From IMG/VR virus record IMGVR_UViG_3300048893_000063, positions 1-41,497 of that record: a DNA stretch of 41,497 bases. The stretch is one strand, 5' to 3'. The notes beneath the pieces are model-generated. The model had not been told where the DNA came from and did not search any database. It was given only the letters and a program-made list of their open reading frames with translations. The first letter of the stretch is position 1. Each line of letters opens with the position of its first letter. This DNA is from a virus (lineage: Duplodnaviria; Caudoviricetes). Made by a program: the position numbers and the translations under genes. Shown piece after piece: positions 17,909 through 28,090 of this stretch.

Positions 17909-19584
17909 CGACGAATTACACACACGACTACGGCCTCGACCGCGACGGCGCGCGGCGCGAGCCGATTTCGCTGACGATCGGCATTGCGGCGATCTCCGCG
18001 GCCGAGGCCGTCAGCGGCATCGCGATCGGCTTCGAGGCGGCGTCGCTTGTCGGATCGGTCGCGATCGGCGGCGCAATCCTCGGCTTGAATTACGCGCTTG
18101 CGAAAACGCTGCCAGATCAGGGATTGCCGAGCGCCGGCGCCAGCGCCGATGGGCCGGCGAATATCAATTCGCCGGAATCGCGCGGCAGCATTCGCCAGGC
18201 CGCGGCGCCGCAGCGGCGCATCTATGGTCGGATGAAGGTCGGCGGCGTCTGGAATTTTTACGATGACGCGACGCCGCCATATCAATACCTGCAGCTCTGC
18301 CTGGCGCGCGGCCGGATCAGCGCGGTGCGATCGGTCACGATCAACGGCCAGCGCATCATTTTCGACAACAACACGCCATTCGACAGCATTCTCGATCCGA
18401 TCAGGATCAGCGGGCAAAACTATCACGGCAACCTGGTCTGCTGCTTTCGTCAGGGCCTCGACGATCAGGCGATCGATCCGCTGCTGAATACATACTTTCC
18501 GCCGAGCGGCGCGACGCCGGCCGAGATCGTCTTCGATGCCGCCGGCCAGAACGTCGTCAATCTGCCGACGACGTTTCGCCAGCGCGGTATCGCGACGGCG
18601 AGCTTCCGCGCCACCTACGCGGCGACGCAGGATGATCAGGATGCGTTGTGGGGGCATGTCGCCTATATCGATCCGCTGGTCGAGGTCGACGGACACCCGC
18701 TGTTCGAGCCTCGCGATCCGCTCTGCAATATCAACGACGAGTCCACCTATAAATTCACGTACAACGGCCGCGACTGCGGTCGCAATCCTTCGCTGATCCA
18801 GGCCGACTGGCTGATCAAGCCCTATGGCGGCCGGCTGCGCACCGACCAGATCAGGCTCGACGAGCTGGCCGCGGCGGCAGACTTCGATGATGAGATCGTT
18901 CACGACCGCGACGGCAATCCGCGGGTGCGGCACCAGGCTGACGGCGTCGTGCTGCTGAATGACAATCCGCGCCAGGTGACCGAAGCCCTGCTGACGGCCA
19001 ACCGTTCCTGGATCGTCAACTCGCGCGGCCGTGTCGGCTGGGTGCCGGCAAAGCCTTACGATCCGATCATCACGCTGACCGAGGCCGATCTGCGCGGCGG
19101 CTTCGACTATCAGGACAGCGCGGCCAAGCGCGACGAATTCAACCGCATCCGCACGCGCTTCACGCCGCCGGAAAAGGACTACACCGAGGACGACGGGCCG
19201 GTGCTCGATCGCGCCGATCTGCGCGCCGACGAAGACGACGGCGAGCTGCTCGACACGACGGTGCGCACGCCATTCACGACCGACCAGCGCGCCGTGCAAT
19301 GGTTGTCCGGTCAGTTCCTCGAAGAGTCGCGCAAGGGTCGCGCGCTGGAGCTGCCGGCGCTGGCGCTGTCACCGCGTCTGTTGAAATGCAAGATCGGCAC
19401 CGTGGTGCGGGTGCAGATGCGCCGGCGCTATACCGAGATCAACGGCATCTATCAAATCCGAAAAGACGGCTACTCGGCCGACTTCTCGACCTTGAGCTGG
19501 TCGCTGCGCGAATACGATAAGGCGATCTCGTCCGACGATCGCTCGGGCGATCAGCAAGACTTCCAAGTCGCGCAAGCGGCCTAG
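17893..19584 (+). CDS. Tail tip / central baseplate protein
   Basis: Q...PQRRIYG...VGG, NP.L..ADWL...GG, AA...DE, N.I..RF, Y.I motifs. Confidence 0.85.
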   Translation: MVGRLATNYTHDYGLDRDGARREPISLTIGIAAISAAEAVSGIAIGFEAASLVGSVAIGGAILGLNYALAKTLPDQGLPSAGASADGPANINSPESRGSIRQAAAPQRRIYGRMKVGGVWNFYDDATPPYQYLQLCLARGRISAVRSVTINGQRIIFDNNTPFDSILDPIRISGQNYHGNLVCCFRQGLDDQAIDPLLNTYFPPSGATPAEIVFDAAGQNVVNLPTTFRQRGIATASFRATYAATQDDQDALWGHVAYIDPLVEVDGHPLFEPRDPLCNINDESTYKFTYNGRDCGRNPSLIQADWLIKPYGGRLRTDQIRLDELAAAADFDDEIVHDRDGNPRVRHQADGVVLLNDNPRQVTEALLTANRSWIVNSRGRVGWVPAKPYDPIITLTEADLRGGFDYQDSAAKRDEFNRIRTRFTPPEKDYTEDDGPVLDRADLRADEDDGELLDTTVRTPFTTDQRAVQWLSGQFLEESRKGRALELPALALSPRLLKCKIGTVVRVQMRRRYTEINGIYQIRKDGYSADFSTLSWSLREYDKAISSDDRSGDQQDFQVAQAA

Positions 19585-19602
19585 CATTCCGGGGAAACGA
19601 AG

Positions 19603-20901
19603 ATGGGCAGCGCTATTGTCGCCGCGATCGCGGATGAAGACCTGACGACGCTCGCAGGCGCGATCGTCAACGAGCTGATCCCTGTGATCGCCGACGACGT
19701 CGATCCGATCACGTTCGATCCGCGCGACGGTAACGGCAACGTCTTCAAGGCCGTCGTGTGGCAGGAGCAAATCTGGTTCCGCAACGAAGACAACACCGAC
19801 GACCATGACGAGATCACCGTCATCACGCTGGCCGATGGCGTCAATTATCTGACCAACGAATTTAACTTCCCGAATTCCGTTCTGTCGCGCAGCCTGACGA
19901 CGCCGCCGACCATCACCGACAGTCCGCCAGCGCAGTTCGGCGACTGCTACCTGGTGCCGGATGGCGCAACCGACGAATGGGCTGGCCACGAAGACGAGCG
20001 TGCGATCCTGACGGCGCGCGGCTGGCAGTTCCGGCCTGGGGCGCACGGCGAGATCGTGCTGGTCGAGGACGAAGGCGACACCGGCGAATTCGTTCACTTC
20101 AGCGCGGCCGACGTTTGGGAAGACGGCTTGCCCGGCAACCTGACCGATCTGTCGGTGCGGCCTTCGGCGCTGCTGATCCGGTTCTGGGAATTCGAGAATC
20201 AAACTACGACGGCGCCGCCGGCGAGCGGGCCGGCGGCCGAGCAATATGTCATCGGCGCTTCGGCAACCGGCGCATGGGCCGGCAACGATAAAAAGATCGC
20301 CTGGCGGCCGTCGACCGACGCCGCATTCGTCATCACGACGCCGAAGGTCGGCGAGCGCGGCTTCGACAAGAATCTCGGCAGCTGGGTCGAATGGAGCGGC
20401 TCGATCTGGAAGTCGGCCTCTGGCGTGGTGATCGACGGCGCCGAGGTCGTCACCGATGCGCTCGGCGGCGACGTCGACGCCGGCACGACCAGCGACTATC
20501 CGACGTCTTTGACGGTCGGGCCTGGTGTCGGCAGTCACGGAATGAGCGATCTGGCGGTGCTCGACTATGCGTCGAAAAAAGCCGAGGCGGTGCTGGAGGT
20601 CCACTATAGCGCGATCGGTTCCTTCGTCGGCGGCGCCGGCGAGACGCTCTTCATGGCTGTCGGTTTGTTCCGGGCAACGGCCGGCGTCTATGAGACGCAG
20701 GCCGTCGACTGGCGATATATCATGATCAAGTTTCAGGACGGCTCGACCGGGGGTAGCCTGATGCCCGTCGACGTGTTCCTGCGAACCGTCACGCCGAGCA
20801 CCGCGACCTTCACCTACAAGATCAGAATTCTGCGCACCGATGCTGGCCGCAAATGCACCGGCATCGCGCGCCGGCGTTTGACCATCAAGGAGCGCGCCTA
20901 A
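19603..20901 (+). CDS. Tail protein with two DUF2793-like repeats
   Basis: TPP...GD.YLV..GAT..WAG...A....GW.F pattern occurs twice. Confidence 0.78.
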   Translation: MGSAIVAAIADEDLTTLAGAIVNELIPVIADDVDPITFDPRDGNGNVFKAVVWQEQIWFRNEDNTDDHDEITVITLADGVNYLTNEFNFPNSVLSRSLTTPPTITDSPPAQFGDCYLVPDGATDEWAGHEDERAILTARGWQFRPGAHGEIVLVEDEGDTGEFVHFSAADVWEDGLPGNLTDLSVRPSALLIRFWEFENQTTTAPPASGPAAEQYVIGASATGAWAGNDKKIAWRPSTDAAFVITTPKVGERGFDKNLGSWVEWSGSIWKSASGVVIDGAEVVTDALGGDVDAGTTSDYPTSLTVGPGVGSHGMSDLAVLDYASKKAEAVLEVHYSAIGSFVGGAGETLFMAVGLFRATAGVYETQAVDWRYIMIKFQDGSTGGSLMPVDVFLRTVTPSTATFTYKIRILRTDAGRKCTGIARRRLTIKERA

Positions 20902-20902
20902 C

Positions 20903-21493
20903 ATGGCAACAAATCCGCATCCGGTTGTCGCGCCCTACACCGCGCGCAGCGCCGCCGACCTGATCGCCTTCGTCAAGCTGCGCGATCGGCTGTCGGTCGC
21001 CGACAATGCGGAAATTCGGAACACCGACTTCTCTGATCAGTTCGGCGGGCTCTATGTGCGCGCGACGCGCAAGCGCTACGATCTCGACACCGAAAGCACG
21101 TCTGAAGATGACGATGACAGCTTCATCGTCGACGGCAGCGGCGCTGTCTTCGTCAAGGTGAACGAAGGCACCGAAACGGTCGCGCGGCTCTACACCGATG
21201 CCGACGTCGTCGCGGGCGCGATCACGATCGAGGACTCGACCGACCGCGCGCTGATCAATGTGACGAGCGCGGTTACGATCAACATTCCGGCCGCGGCGTC
21301 GCGCGGCGTTCGCGATCTGCTGATCAAGGACGTCGGCGGCCAGGCCGGCGCGCACAACCTGCTGCCGGCGTTTGACGGCGTCGAGCAGTGCGACGGCATG
21401 GCGGGCGCGGCCTTCACGATCGGCACCAATTACGGCTGGCTGCAGATCGCGCCGAAGACCGGCGGCTATTACACGATGGGCTCACAGCTCTAA
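20903..21493 (+). CDS. Putative tail/fibre-associated protein
   Basis: TINIP.A..., IKD..G.A...N, I.TNYG motif seen in fibre tips; position. Confidence 0.6.
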   Translation: MATNPHPVVAPYTARSAADLIAFVKLRDRLSVADNAEIRNTDFSDQFGGLYVRATRKRYDLDTESTSEDDDDSFIVDGSGAVFVKVNEGTETVARLYTDADVVAGAITIEDSTDRALINVTSAVTINIPAAASRGVRDLLIKDVGGQAGAHNLLPAFDGVEQCDGMAGAAFTIGTNYGWLQIAPKTGGYYTMGSQL

Positions 21494-21508
21494 CCAGGCA
21501 GGCTCGAC

Positions 21509-23617
21509 ATGATGAAACGCATCGCTTCCGCGCTCGCGGTCGCCGCGCTGTTGCTGGCCGTCGCGCCGGCGCAATCGCAGCAGTTCAATAGCGGCTATCT
21601 GCAGGCCAACGCCGGCGCCAGCCCGGCGCCGGCACGCGCAACGGCGCCGTCGACCTGGTTCGATCGCTGGGCCGGCTCGACGCCCGGCTTCGTGCTCTAT
21701 CGCGGCGCCAGCGCCTGGCTCGCAGCGGCGCCTGGTGCTACCAGCGGCGTGCAACCCTATGACGCCGAGCTGGCGGCGATCGCGGGCCTGACGTCGGCCA
21801 ATAACAAGTGCTTCTATTGGACCGGCAGCGGCACCGCGGCCAACTTCGACTGCAGCTCGTTCGGTCGCGGCGTCTCGAATGCGGCCGACGCTGCTGCGCT
21901 CCGCGTGCTCGGCGGCCTGGTGATCGGCAGCGACGTGCAGGCCTATGACGCCGATCTGGCGGCGATCGCCGGCCTGACGTCGGCCAATAACAAGTGCTTC
22001 TATTGGACCGGCAGCGCGACGGCCGCGAATTACGATTGCAGCTCGTTTGGCCGCAGCGTCGCCAATGCGGCCGACGCCGCGGCGCTGCGCGTGCTCGCCG
22101 GCGCCGTCATCGGCACCAACGTGCAGGCCTGGGATGCCGACCTTGATGCGCTGGCCGCCTTCACAAGCACCGGCTTCGCGGCGCGCACGGCCAGCAACGC
22201 ATGGGCGCAGCGCACGTTGCAGGCGCCGGCCGCGGGCTTCACCATCACCAATCCGGCCGGCGTCGCGGGCGATCCGACCTTCGTGCTGGCGAATGACCTG
22301 GCGGCGCTGGAGGCGTTGAGCAGCACCGGCATCGCCAGGCGCACCGGCACCGACGCCTGGTCGGTCGGCACGCTGGTCAGCAATGCCGAGCTGGCGACGA
22401 TGGTCGACCAGCGGATCAAGGGCAACGTTTCGGGCGGCACCGCGGCGCCGAGCGATCTGACGTCGGCGCAGGTGACGGCGTTCCTGACCGCGTGCGTCGG
22501 AGACAGCGGATCGGGCGGCACGAAGGGCGCGGTGCCGGCGGCTGGCGCCGGCGACGCCGCGGCCGGCAAGTTCCTGAAGGCCGACTGCACCTTCGACGTG
22601 CCGTCTGCAAGCGGCGGCGGCGGCATGACCGACACCGAGCGGCAGAATTCGCTGCTCACGCTGGTCTATCAATCGAAGCTGTTCGTCGGTTATCGCCGCG
22701 TGGTGAAGCTGTTCGCCGATGGCTACAAGGCGAGCGACGGCGTCAATTCAGGATCGTCGACGGGTTACACGGTGACGACGGGCAGCGGCTACGTCTCGCC
22801 GGCAACCGTTGCGACCGCTTATGGCACCGTGGCGCCGAATGCCGGCGGCACGGGCGACCGATCGGCCTCCATCACGGTCTCGGCCAGTTCTGGGCTGATC
22901 GCCTCCGGCTCGGCCGTCAATCTTGTCGACGGCAGCCTGACCGAAAACACGTCAGACTCGATCACCTTGACGGGGAGCCGCAGCGTTGGATCGCTGCCGG
23001 ATTTCATCCGTTTCGACTTTGGTGTCGGCGCCTCGAAGGTGATCAACGAGGCGAAATGGTATCGCACCGATACCGCCAACTATGGCACTTGGAAGTGGCA
23101 AGGATCGAACGACGCTTCGAGCTGGACCGACATAGGATCGAGCTTCACGCTTGGCGGGGCAACGACGCAGACCGACACGGCCATGTCGGCGAACACGACC
23201 GGATGGCGTTACTATCAAATCCTCGGCGTGTCGGGCACCACAGCGGCAGCCAACTGGCACCGCGAAGTCGAATTCAAGATCGCGGACTCGCCGATCGGCA
23301 CGCAGAATATGACGCTAATCACGACGTCGCAGACGACGTCGTCGAGTGTCGGCAACGGCCGCGTGCTGATCGAGTACGATCCGAATGGATCGTCGCCGAC
23401 CTTGAACACCGACATCACGGTCGACGTCACCTGCGACGGCGGCTCGCATTGGGCGGCGGCGACGTTGTCGAGCGTCACCGTGAACAGCCAGGGCGGGCGC
23501 AGCGTCGCCGAGACGGCCGACACCGCTTGCACCAGCGGCACGTCATCGGCGGCCAGGCTGAAGACGCTGAACAACAAGAACGTGCTGTTCCACGGCTTGA
23601 CGCTGACGGTGCATTAG
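21509..23617 (+). CDS. Tail fibre-like protein with N-terminal signal peptide, internal repeats and discoidin-like domain
   Basis: VQAYDADLAAIAGL fibre repeats; W..QGSND..SWT...RYY discoidin (F5/8C) motif; MKR+hydrophobic core+AQS. Confidence 0.8.
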   Translation: MMKRIASALAVAALLLAVAPAQSQQFNSGYLQANAGASPAPARATAPSTWFDRWAGSTPGFVLYRGASAWLAAAPGATSGVQPYDAELAAIAGLTSANNKCFYWTGSGTAANFDCSSFGRGVSNAADAAALRVLGGLVIGSDVQAYDADLAAIAGLTSANNKCFYWTGSATAANYDCSSFGRSVANAADAAALRVLAGAVIGTNVQAWDADLDALAAFTSTGFAARTASNAWAQRTLQAPAAGFTITNPAGVAGDPTFVLANDLAALEALSSTGIARRTGTDAWSVGTLVSNAELATMVDQRIKGNVSGGTAAPSDLTSAQVTAFLTACVGDSGSGGTKGAVPAAGAGDAAAGKFLKADCTFDVPSASGGGGMTDTERQNSLLTLVYQSKLFVGYRRVVKLFADGYKASDGVNSGSSTGYTVTTGSGYVSPATVATAYGTVAPNAGGTGDRSASITVSASSGLIASGSAVNLVDGSLTENTSDSITLTGSRSVGSLPDFIRFDFGVGASKVINEAKWYRTDTANYGTWKWQGSNDASSWTDIGSSFTLGGATTQTDTAMSANTTGWRYYQILGVSGTTAAANWHREVEFKIADSPIGTQNMTLITTSQTTSSSVGNGRVLIEYDPNGSSPTLNTDITVDVTCDGGSHWAAATLSSVTVNSQGGRSVAETADTACTSGTSSAARLKTLNNKNVLFHGLTLTVH
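21749..22156 (+). repeat. 186-bp (62-aa) tandem repeat, ~2.2 copies
   Basis: Units start at 21749, 21935 and 22121; first two share GGCCTGACGTCGGCCAATAACAAGTGCTTCTATTGGACCGGCAGCG. Confidence 0.9.
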
Positions 23618-24468
23618 CGCCGGAATTGATAGTTAAACTGCGACGGGTAGGTGCCGGCCTCGATCATGTCGCTGTGCCGCTTGGCGACTTGGCAAAGACC
23701 GGCGCGCGCCAGCGCCGACTGGACTTCGATGCAGCACTCGGCGCGCGCGTCGTCGAGTTCGATCGACACGGATTGCAGCCTGCGATCCGCCAGCGTCTTG
23801 ACGGCGCCGCGCACGATCCGGTTCTCGATGCCGTCGACGTCGATCTTGATGTGTGTGGGGAACGGCGGATCGAAGCGATCGATGAAGTCGTCGATCGAAA
23901 GGCCGATCATGCCTTGCTTGAATGAGGGAACGAATTGGTTGCCGCGTTCGTCCTGTTCGATGCCGAAGCTCGACAGCGCGCCGCCGAAGCCCGTCGTTTG
24001 CATATTGAGGCTGTCGGCGATCGATGCGTCTGAGAAGGCCATACAATAGGCGCGGCACGACGTCGAGCCGTTGAGCTGGATATTCCGATTCAGCAAATAG
24101 TAATTCGCAGCGGACGGCTCGAAAGCCAAAACCTGCACCGCTGAATTCATCGCGGCGTAAACGGAATAAAGCCCGACGTTCGCGCCAATGTCCCAGAGCA
24201 CCGCGCCGCTCTGGAAGGTATCGATCCACTCGATCGTTTCCGGTTCCTTGGTCAGCAGCGTGCGCGCGCGCCAGAGCGCGACGTCGCCGATGCAATAGAA
24301 CGACACCGGGCCGCGCGCCGTTGCGATCGTCTCGATCGTCTCCAGCAACGGTTCGGTGCCAAGCGCTGTCGCTTCGGACAGCAACCGTCGGCCGGTTTCC
24401 CCCGTCGCGCCGACAAGAGCGCGAAGGGCATCAACGGCGCTTCGTCTAACTGCATCCTTGATCGTCAT
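23614..24468 (-). CDS. FkbM-family methyltransferase (antisense moron)
   Basis: KEPETIEWI, WDIGANVGLYS, AFEP, HIKIDVDG.E. Confidence 0.92.
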   Translation of the reverse strand: MTIKDAVRRSAVDALRALVGATGETGRRLLSEATALGTEPLLETIETIATARGPVSFYCIGDVALWRARTLLTKEPETIEWIDTFQSGAVLWDIGANVGLYSVYAAMNSAVQVLAFEPSAANYYLLNRNIQLNGSTSCRAYCMAFSDASIADSLNMQTTGFGGALSSFGIEQDERGNQFVPSFKQGMIGLSIDDFIDRFDPPFPTHIKIDVDGIENRIVRGAVKTLADRRLQSVSIELDDARAECCIEVQSALARAGLCQVAKRHSDMIEAGTYPSQFNYQFRR

Positions 24469-24497
24469 GGGCCGATGCTACGGCGGCACAACCGAGA

Positions 24498-25730
24498 ATG
24501 GAAGCCATGCTTAAACACCCTGTATTTATAGCGGTTCTGACGCTCTGGCTGGCGCTGCTCGCGCCGGCGCCTGGTGTCACGGCCGAGATCGGGCCGGTGA
24601 TGACGGCGCCGACGTCGGCCGGCTGTACGGCGAGCGCGCGCGGCGGCGACGCCTCGACCTGGGGCGGCGGCGGCCAGGCCTGGCGTCTGTTCGATCGTAT
24701 CGTCTCCGGGCAAAACGGCTGGTATGACAGCCACTCGATCACGTCGAGCGTGCCGGATTGGGCGCAGCTGACATGCGCGGCGCCGCTTGCGGTCGCGTCC
24801 TATGCCATCCGCAGCCGCTGTGACTCGTCGGGCGATGAGGCGACGGCCTTCGTGCTCGCCGGATCGAACGACGGCGGCGCGACGCTTACGTCGCTTGATG
24901 CGCGCAGCGGCGTCAGCTGGTCGTCGGCGTGCCAGGAGCAGACCTTCACGATCGCGTCGCCCGGCAGCTTCACGACCTACCGGCTGACGGTGACGGCCGC
25001 CAATGCCGACCAGCCGGTGATCACCGAGCTGCGACTGTTTTCGGACGCGGGCGATCCGCCGGCCGCGGCGATCGCAGGCGGCGTGATCGCCAAGGTGGTG
25101 CTGACCAGGCCAGGCTCGCTCGATCTGCTCGCCGGCACGGCGCCGGCGTCGATCCCTGCGCGCGACAACGCCGCCGAGTTTTGGGGTGACCTGGTGTCGC
25201 GGCATGTCTCGGCGCAGGGCATGCTGGCGCTGATCGGCGGCAGCGTCGCGGTGATCGGCGACAGCCACACGCAAGGCTTCGACGTTTCGCAGATCAGTCC
25301 CTTTGCGTTCAATTACGGCATCGGCGGCGATTCGGTCGCCGACGTGCTCAACCGGATCGGCAGCTATTCGTCGCTGCACAACGCCGGCGCGATCGTGCTC
25401 TATGGCCTCGGCGGCAACGATGCCAATCAAGGTTATACGGCCGCACAGATCGAGGCGCGGCTGACGATGCTCTGGGCCTGGGTCAGCGGGCCGCTGGTGG
25501 TGATCAAGATTCCGCCGGCGAAGCCCGACGAGACGGCCAAGCAGGCGACGATCGAGGCCGTCAATGCCTGGACCGATACTTTCCTGGCGGGTCGTGCCAG
25601 CACGATCGTCGTCGACAATAATGCGTGGATCATCGCCAACGGCGGACTCGACGCGAGCGGGCACCTGACGCCGGAAGCGAAGCTGCGCAATGCGGCGAGC
25701 GCCGCGGCTGCGGTCGCGACGTTTCATTGA
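24498..25730 (+). CDS. Secreted discoidin-domain + SGNH/GDSL esterase
   Basis: Signal peptide; F.L.GSNDG...YRL.VT discoidin motif; IGDSHT, GIGGD, GGNDA, D..H blocks. Confidence 0.8.
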   Translation: MEAMLKHPVFIAVLTLWLALLAPAPGVTAEIGPVMTAPTSAGCTASARGGDASTWGGGGQAWRLFDRIVSGQNGWYDSHSITSSVPDWAQLTCAAPLAVASYAIRSRCDSSGDEATAFVLAGSNDGGATLTSLDARSGVSWSSACQEQTFTIASPGSFTTYRLTVTAANADQPVITELRLFSDAGDPPAAAIAGGVIAKVVLTRPGSLDLLAGTAPASIPARDNAAEFWGDLVSRHVSAQGMLALIGGSVAVIGDSHTQGFDVSQISPFAFNYGIGGDSVADVLNRIGSYSSLHNAGAIVLYGLGGNDANQGYTAAQIEARLTMLWAWVSGPLVVIKIPPAKPDETAKQATIEAVNAWTDTFLAGRASTIVVDNNAWIIANGGLDASGHLTPEAKLRNAASAAAAVATFH

Positions 25731-26134
25731 TGCGTTCGGCAATGCGAGCGCTCGTCGCGGCGCTGATCCTGTTCGCGCCGCCGGCCGCGGCCGAGCAAGG
25801 CATCGCCTCGATCTATGGCACCAGGCGCGACGGCCACGCCGGCAAATGCGTGGCGGTGCAGAAGCCGCCGGTGATGCGCCGCGGCCTTCGTCGACCTGGC
25901 GGCTGCGCGCTGCTCGATCCGCGCGCGCTGACGGCCGCGCATCGCACGCTGCCGTTCGGCACGATCGTCACGGTCACCAATCGAAGGAACGGCCGCCAGG
26001 CCGCGGTCACGATCAACGATCGCGGTCCATTCCGACGCGGCCGGATCATCGACCTGACGCCGGCCGCGGCCGGCGAGCTGGGCTTCGACGACGACGGCGA
26101 CGGCCTGGCGCCGGTCACGATTTCACAACCCTGA
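25730..26134 (+). CDS. RlpA-like (DPBB) lytic transglycosylase with signal peptide
   Basis: [25 protein letters not shown]...V.INDRGPF..GRIIDL. Confidence 0.92.
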   Translation: MRSAMRALVAALILFAPPAAAEQGIASIYGTRRDGHAGKCVAVQKPPVMRRGLRRPGGCALLDPRALTAAHRTLPFGTIVTVTNRRNGRQAAVTINDRGPFRRGRIIDLTPAAAGELGFDDDGDGLAPVTISQP

Positions 26135-26150
26135 CGATGGAGCTGACGAC

Positions 26151-26927
26151 ATGACGATCGCCGCCCTGGTAATTGGCGGGCCGCTGAAGCGCGGGCCGCT
26201 CAAACTTCAATCCGTGTTCACGCTGCAGCTCGCGCTGGTGAAGATCGGCGACCTGGTCGGCAGCTCGCCGGATGGCGAATTCGGGCCGAAGACCGAAGAG
26301 GCCGTCGAGCTGGCGCAGGTTGCGGCGAAGCTGCCGAAGACCGGCGTCGTCGACGACGCGACTGCGCGCGCGATCGACATGCGGGTCGCGCTGGCGCCGC
26401 CGGCGCCTGGCGTGTCGATGCCTGGCGATCCGGAATGGATGAAGATCGCAACGGCGTTGCTCGGCATCTATGAGCTGCCTGGCGACGCCGACAACGAAAC
26501 GATCCTGGCATGGGCGCGCGCGCTCGGCGGCATGATCGCGCGGGAGTACAAGCACGACTCGATCGCCTGGTGCATGCTGTTCGTTCAATATTGTCTATTC
26601 AAGGCCGGCCAGCCGCATCTTGATTCACTCTGGGCGCTCGACTCGGCGACCTATGGCGTGAAGCTCCAGGGGCCTGCTCGCGGCGCGATCGGCTGCAAGC
26701 ATCGCGCCGGCGGCGGCGGTCATACCTTCCTGATCGCCGGCCGCTCGGCCAGCGGCATGCTGGTGATCCGCGGCGGCAATCAATCCGACATGGTCTGCGA
26801 CGCCGAGATCGCGCCGGCCGAGCTGGTGTCGTCGAATTGGCCGAAGGGCCAGCCGCTGCCGGCGGCGATCGGCTTCTCGCATCTGCCGATCGTGAAGGAT
26901 GCACCGCGCAGCAAGCGCGAAGCCTGA
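26151..26927 (+). CDS. Endolysin: peptidoglycan-binding domain + TIGR02594/CHAP-like peptidase
   Basis: LQ..L...DG.FGPKT..AV..Q...L..TG.VD; P.WM..A...LG..E..G..N, AWC..FV, GGHT, GGNQSD. Confidence 0.88.
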   Translation: MTIAALVIGGPLKRGPLKLQSVFTLQLALVKIGDLVGSSPDGEFGPKTEEAVELAQVAAKLPKTGVVDDATARAIDMRVALAPPAPGVSMPGDPEWMKIATALLGIYELPGDADNETILAWARALGGMIAREYKHDSIAWCMLFVQYCLFKAGQPHLDSLWALDSATYGVKLQGPARGAIGCKHRAGGGGHTFLIAGRSASGMLVIRGGNQSDMVCDAEIAPAELVSSNWPKGQPLPAAIGFSHLPIVKDAPRSKREA

Positions 26928-26967
26928 TCCATTCCCGAATTTTCAAACCGCAACGGAGAAGACTGCA

Positions 26968-27264
26968 ATGGCTGAGAGTGAACCGACGACGCCAAACCTG
27001 CCGACCGGCGACGGCTCGTCGTCGCAGATCGTCAATCCGCCGAGCCGATGGCGCGCGTTCTGGGATGATCTCGGCATCCTGAAGGCGCTCGCGATCGTCG
27101 TCGTCGTCTCGTATATCGGCATCGTCGCGGCCGGCGGCACGGCCGACGAGACACACAAAAACATGGCCCTGATGGTCATGGCATTTTTCTTTGGGTCGAG
27201 CCTCGGCTCGCGTAACAAGGACGCGACGCCGCCGGCGCCGCTGCCTCCCGCGGCGGGGGGCTAG
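26968..27264 (+). CDS. Holin-like membrane protein
   Basis: Two hydrophobic segments, FFFGSS.GS..KD motif, GGAG RBS, after endolysin. Confidence 0.7.
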   Translation: MAESEPTTPNLPTGDGSSSQIVNPPSRWRAFWDDLGILKALAIVVVVSYIGIVAAGGTADETHKNMALMVMAFFFGSSLGSRNKDATPPAPLPPAAGG

Positions 27265-27268
27265 TCCG

Positions 27269-28033
27269 ATGCTGGGACCGCACGCCTGGCTTGGCTGCCG
27301 CCGTGACACCAGGGACGGCCGAGATCGCGAATTCCAGCCGCGGGCGGTGCATCTGCCTTCCGCGGTCGATCTGCGCAGCCACTGCGCGCCTGTGATGGAT
27401 CAGGGGGAGCTGGGCAGCTGCACAACCCACGCTATCACCGGCGCGCTGCGCTATCTGCGGATCAAGGCCGGCAAGCGCGACGTGCCCCTGGCCAGGCTGC
27501 AGCTCTACTTCGACGAGCGGAAGACGGAAGGCACGATCGGCGAGGACGCCGGCGCCGAGATCAGGAACGGCATCAAGTGTGCCGCCCGATACGGCGTCGC
27601 GCCGGAGCAACTCTGGCCGTATGACCCAGCGCGGTTCAAGCACTGTCCGCCGGCGTCAGTCTATGCGGCGGCGCAGGATTGGCAGGCGCTGAGTTATGAG
27701 CGCGTGCCGGTGTCGACGGCCGCCATCAAGGCGGCGATCGCGCAGGGATTGCCCGTCGTGATTGGCGTTTCGCTCTATGACAGCTTCGACGGCAGGCTGG
27801 TCGAGCAGAGCGGCATGGTTCCGATGCCCGATCTGAAGCGCGAGCAGATGACCGGCGGCCATTGCATGCTCGTCGTCGGCTATGGCCAGCACGAAGGCAC
27901 CTTCACGGTGCGCAACAGCTGGGCCGACGACTGGGGCGATCGCGGCGACTGCTACATGCCTGAAGCCTATCTCGGCTCGACGAAGTTCGGGTCGGATTAT
28001 TGGGTGATCAAGTCGGAAGAGTTGCCCGACTGA
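27269..28033 (+). CDS. Papain-like C1 cysteine peptidase
   Basis: LPSAVDLR, DQGELGSCT (Gln/Cys), GGHC..VGY, RNSW..WGD.G. Confidence 0.93.
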   Translation: MLGPHAWLGCRRDTRDGRDREFQPRAVHLPSAVDLRSHCAPVMDQGELGSCTTHAITGALRYLRIKAGKRDVPLARLQLYFDERKTEGTIGEDAGAEIRNGIKCAARYGVAPEQLWPYDPARFKHCPPASVYAAAQDWQALSYERVPVSTAAIKAAIAQGLPVVIGVSLYDSFDGRLVEQSGMVPMPDLKREQMTGGHCMLVVGYGQHEGTFTVRNSWADDWGDRGDCYMPEAYLGSTKFGSDYWVIKSEELPD

Positions 28034-28090
28034 TCGGCCAAGCACTGCGGCCGTCAATCCTGGCGGCGTTTTCAAAATGGAGGAAGGGTG

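Noticed and set aside
21749-22156. CRISPR array or DGR template/variable repeat
   Set aside because: In-frame protein repeats without spacers; differences are not adenine-specific; no reverse transcriptase or cas genes
23614-24497. Invertible segment explaining FkbM orientation
   Set aside because: No flanking inverted repeats or invertase seen
814-25742. Many long antisense and alternate-frame ORFs (e.g. 814..2232, 17905..19299, 19369..20904, 22492..23925, 24465..25742)
   Set aside because: Expected shadow ORFs in high-GC coding DNA; no recognisable motifs
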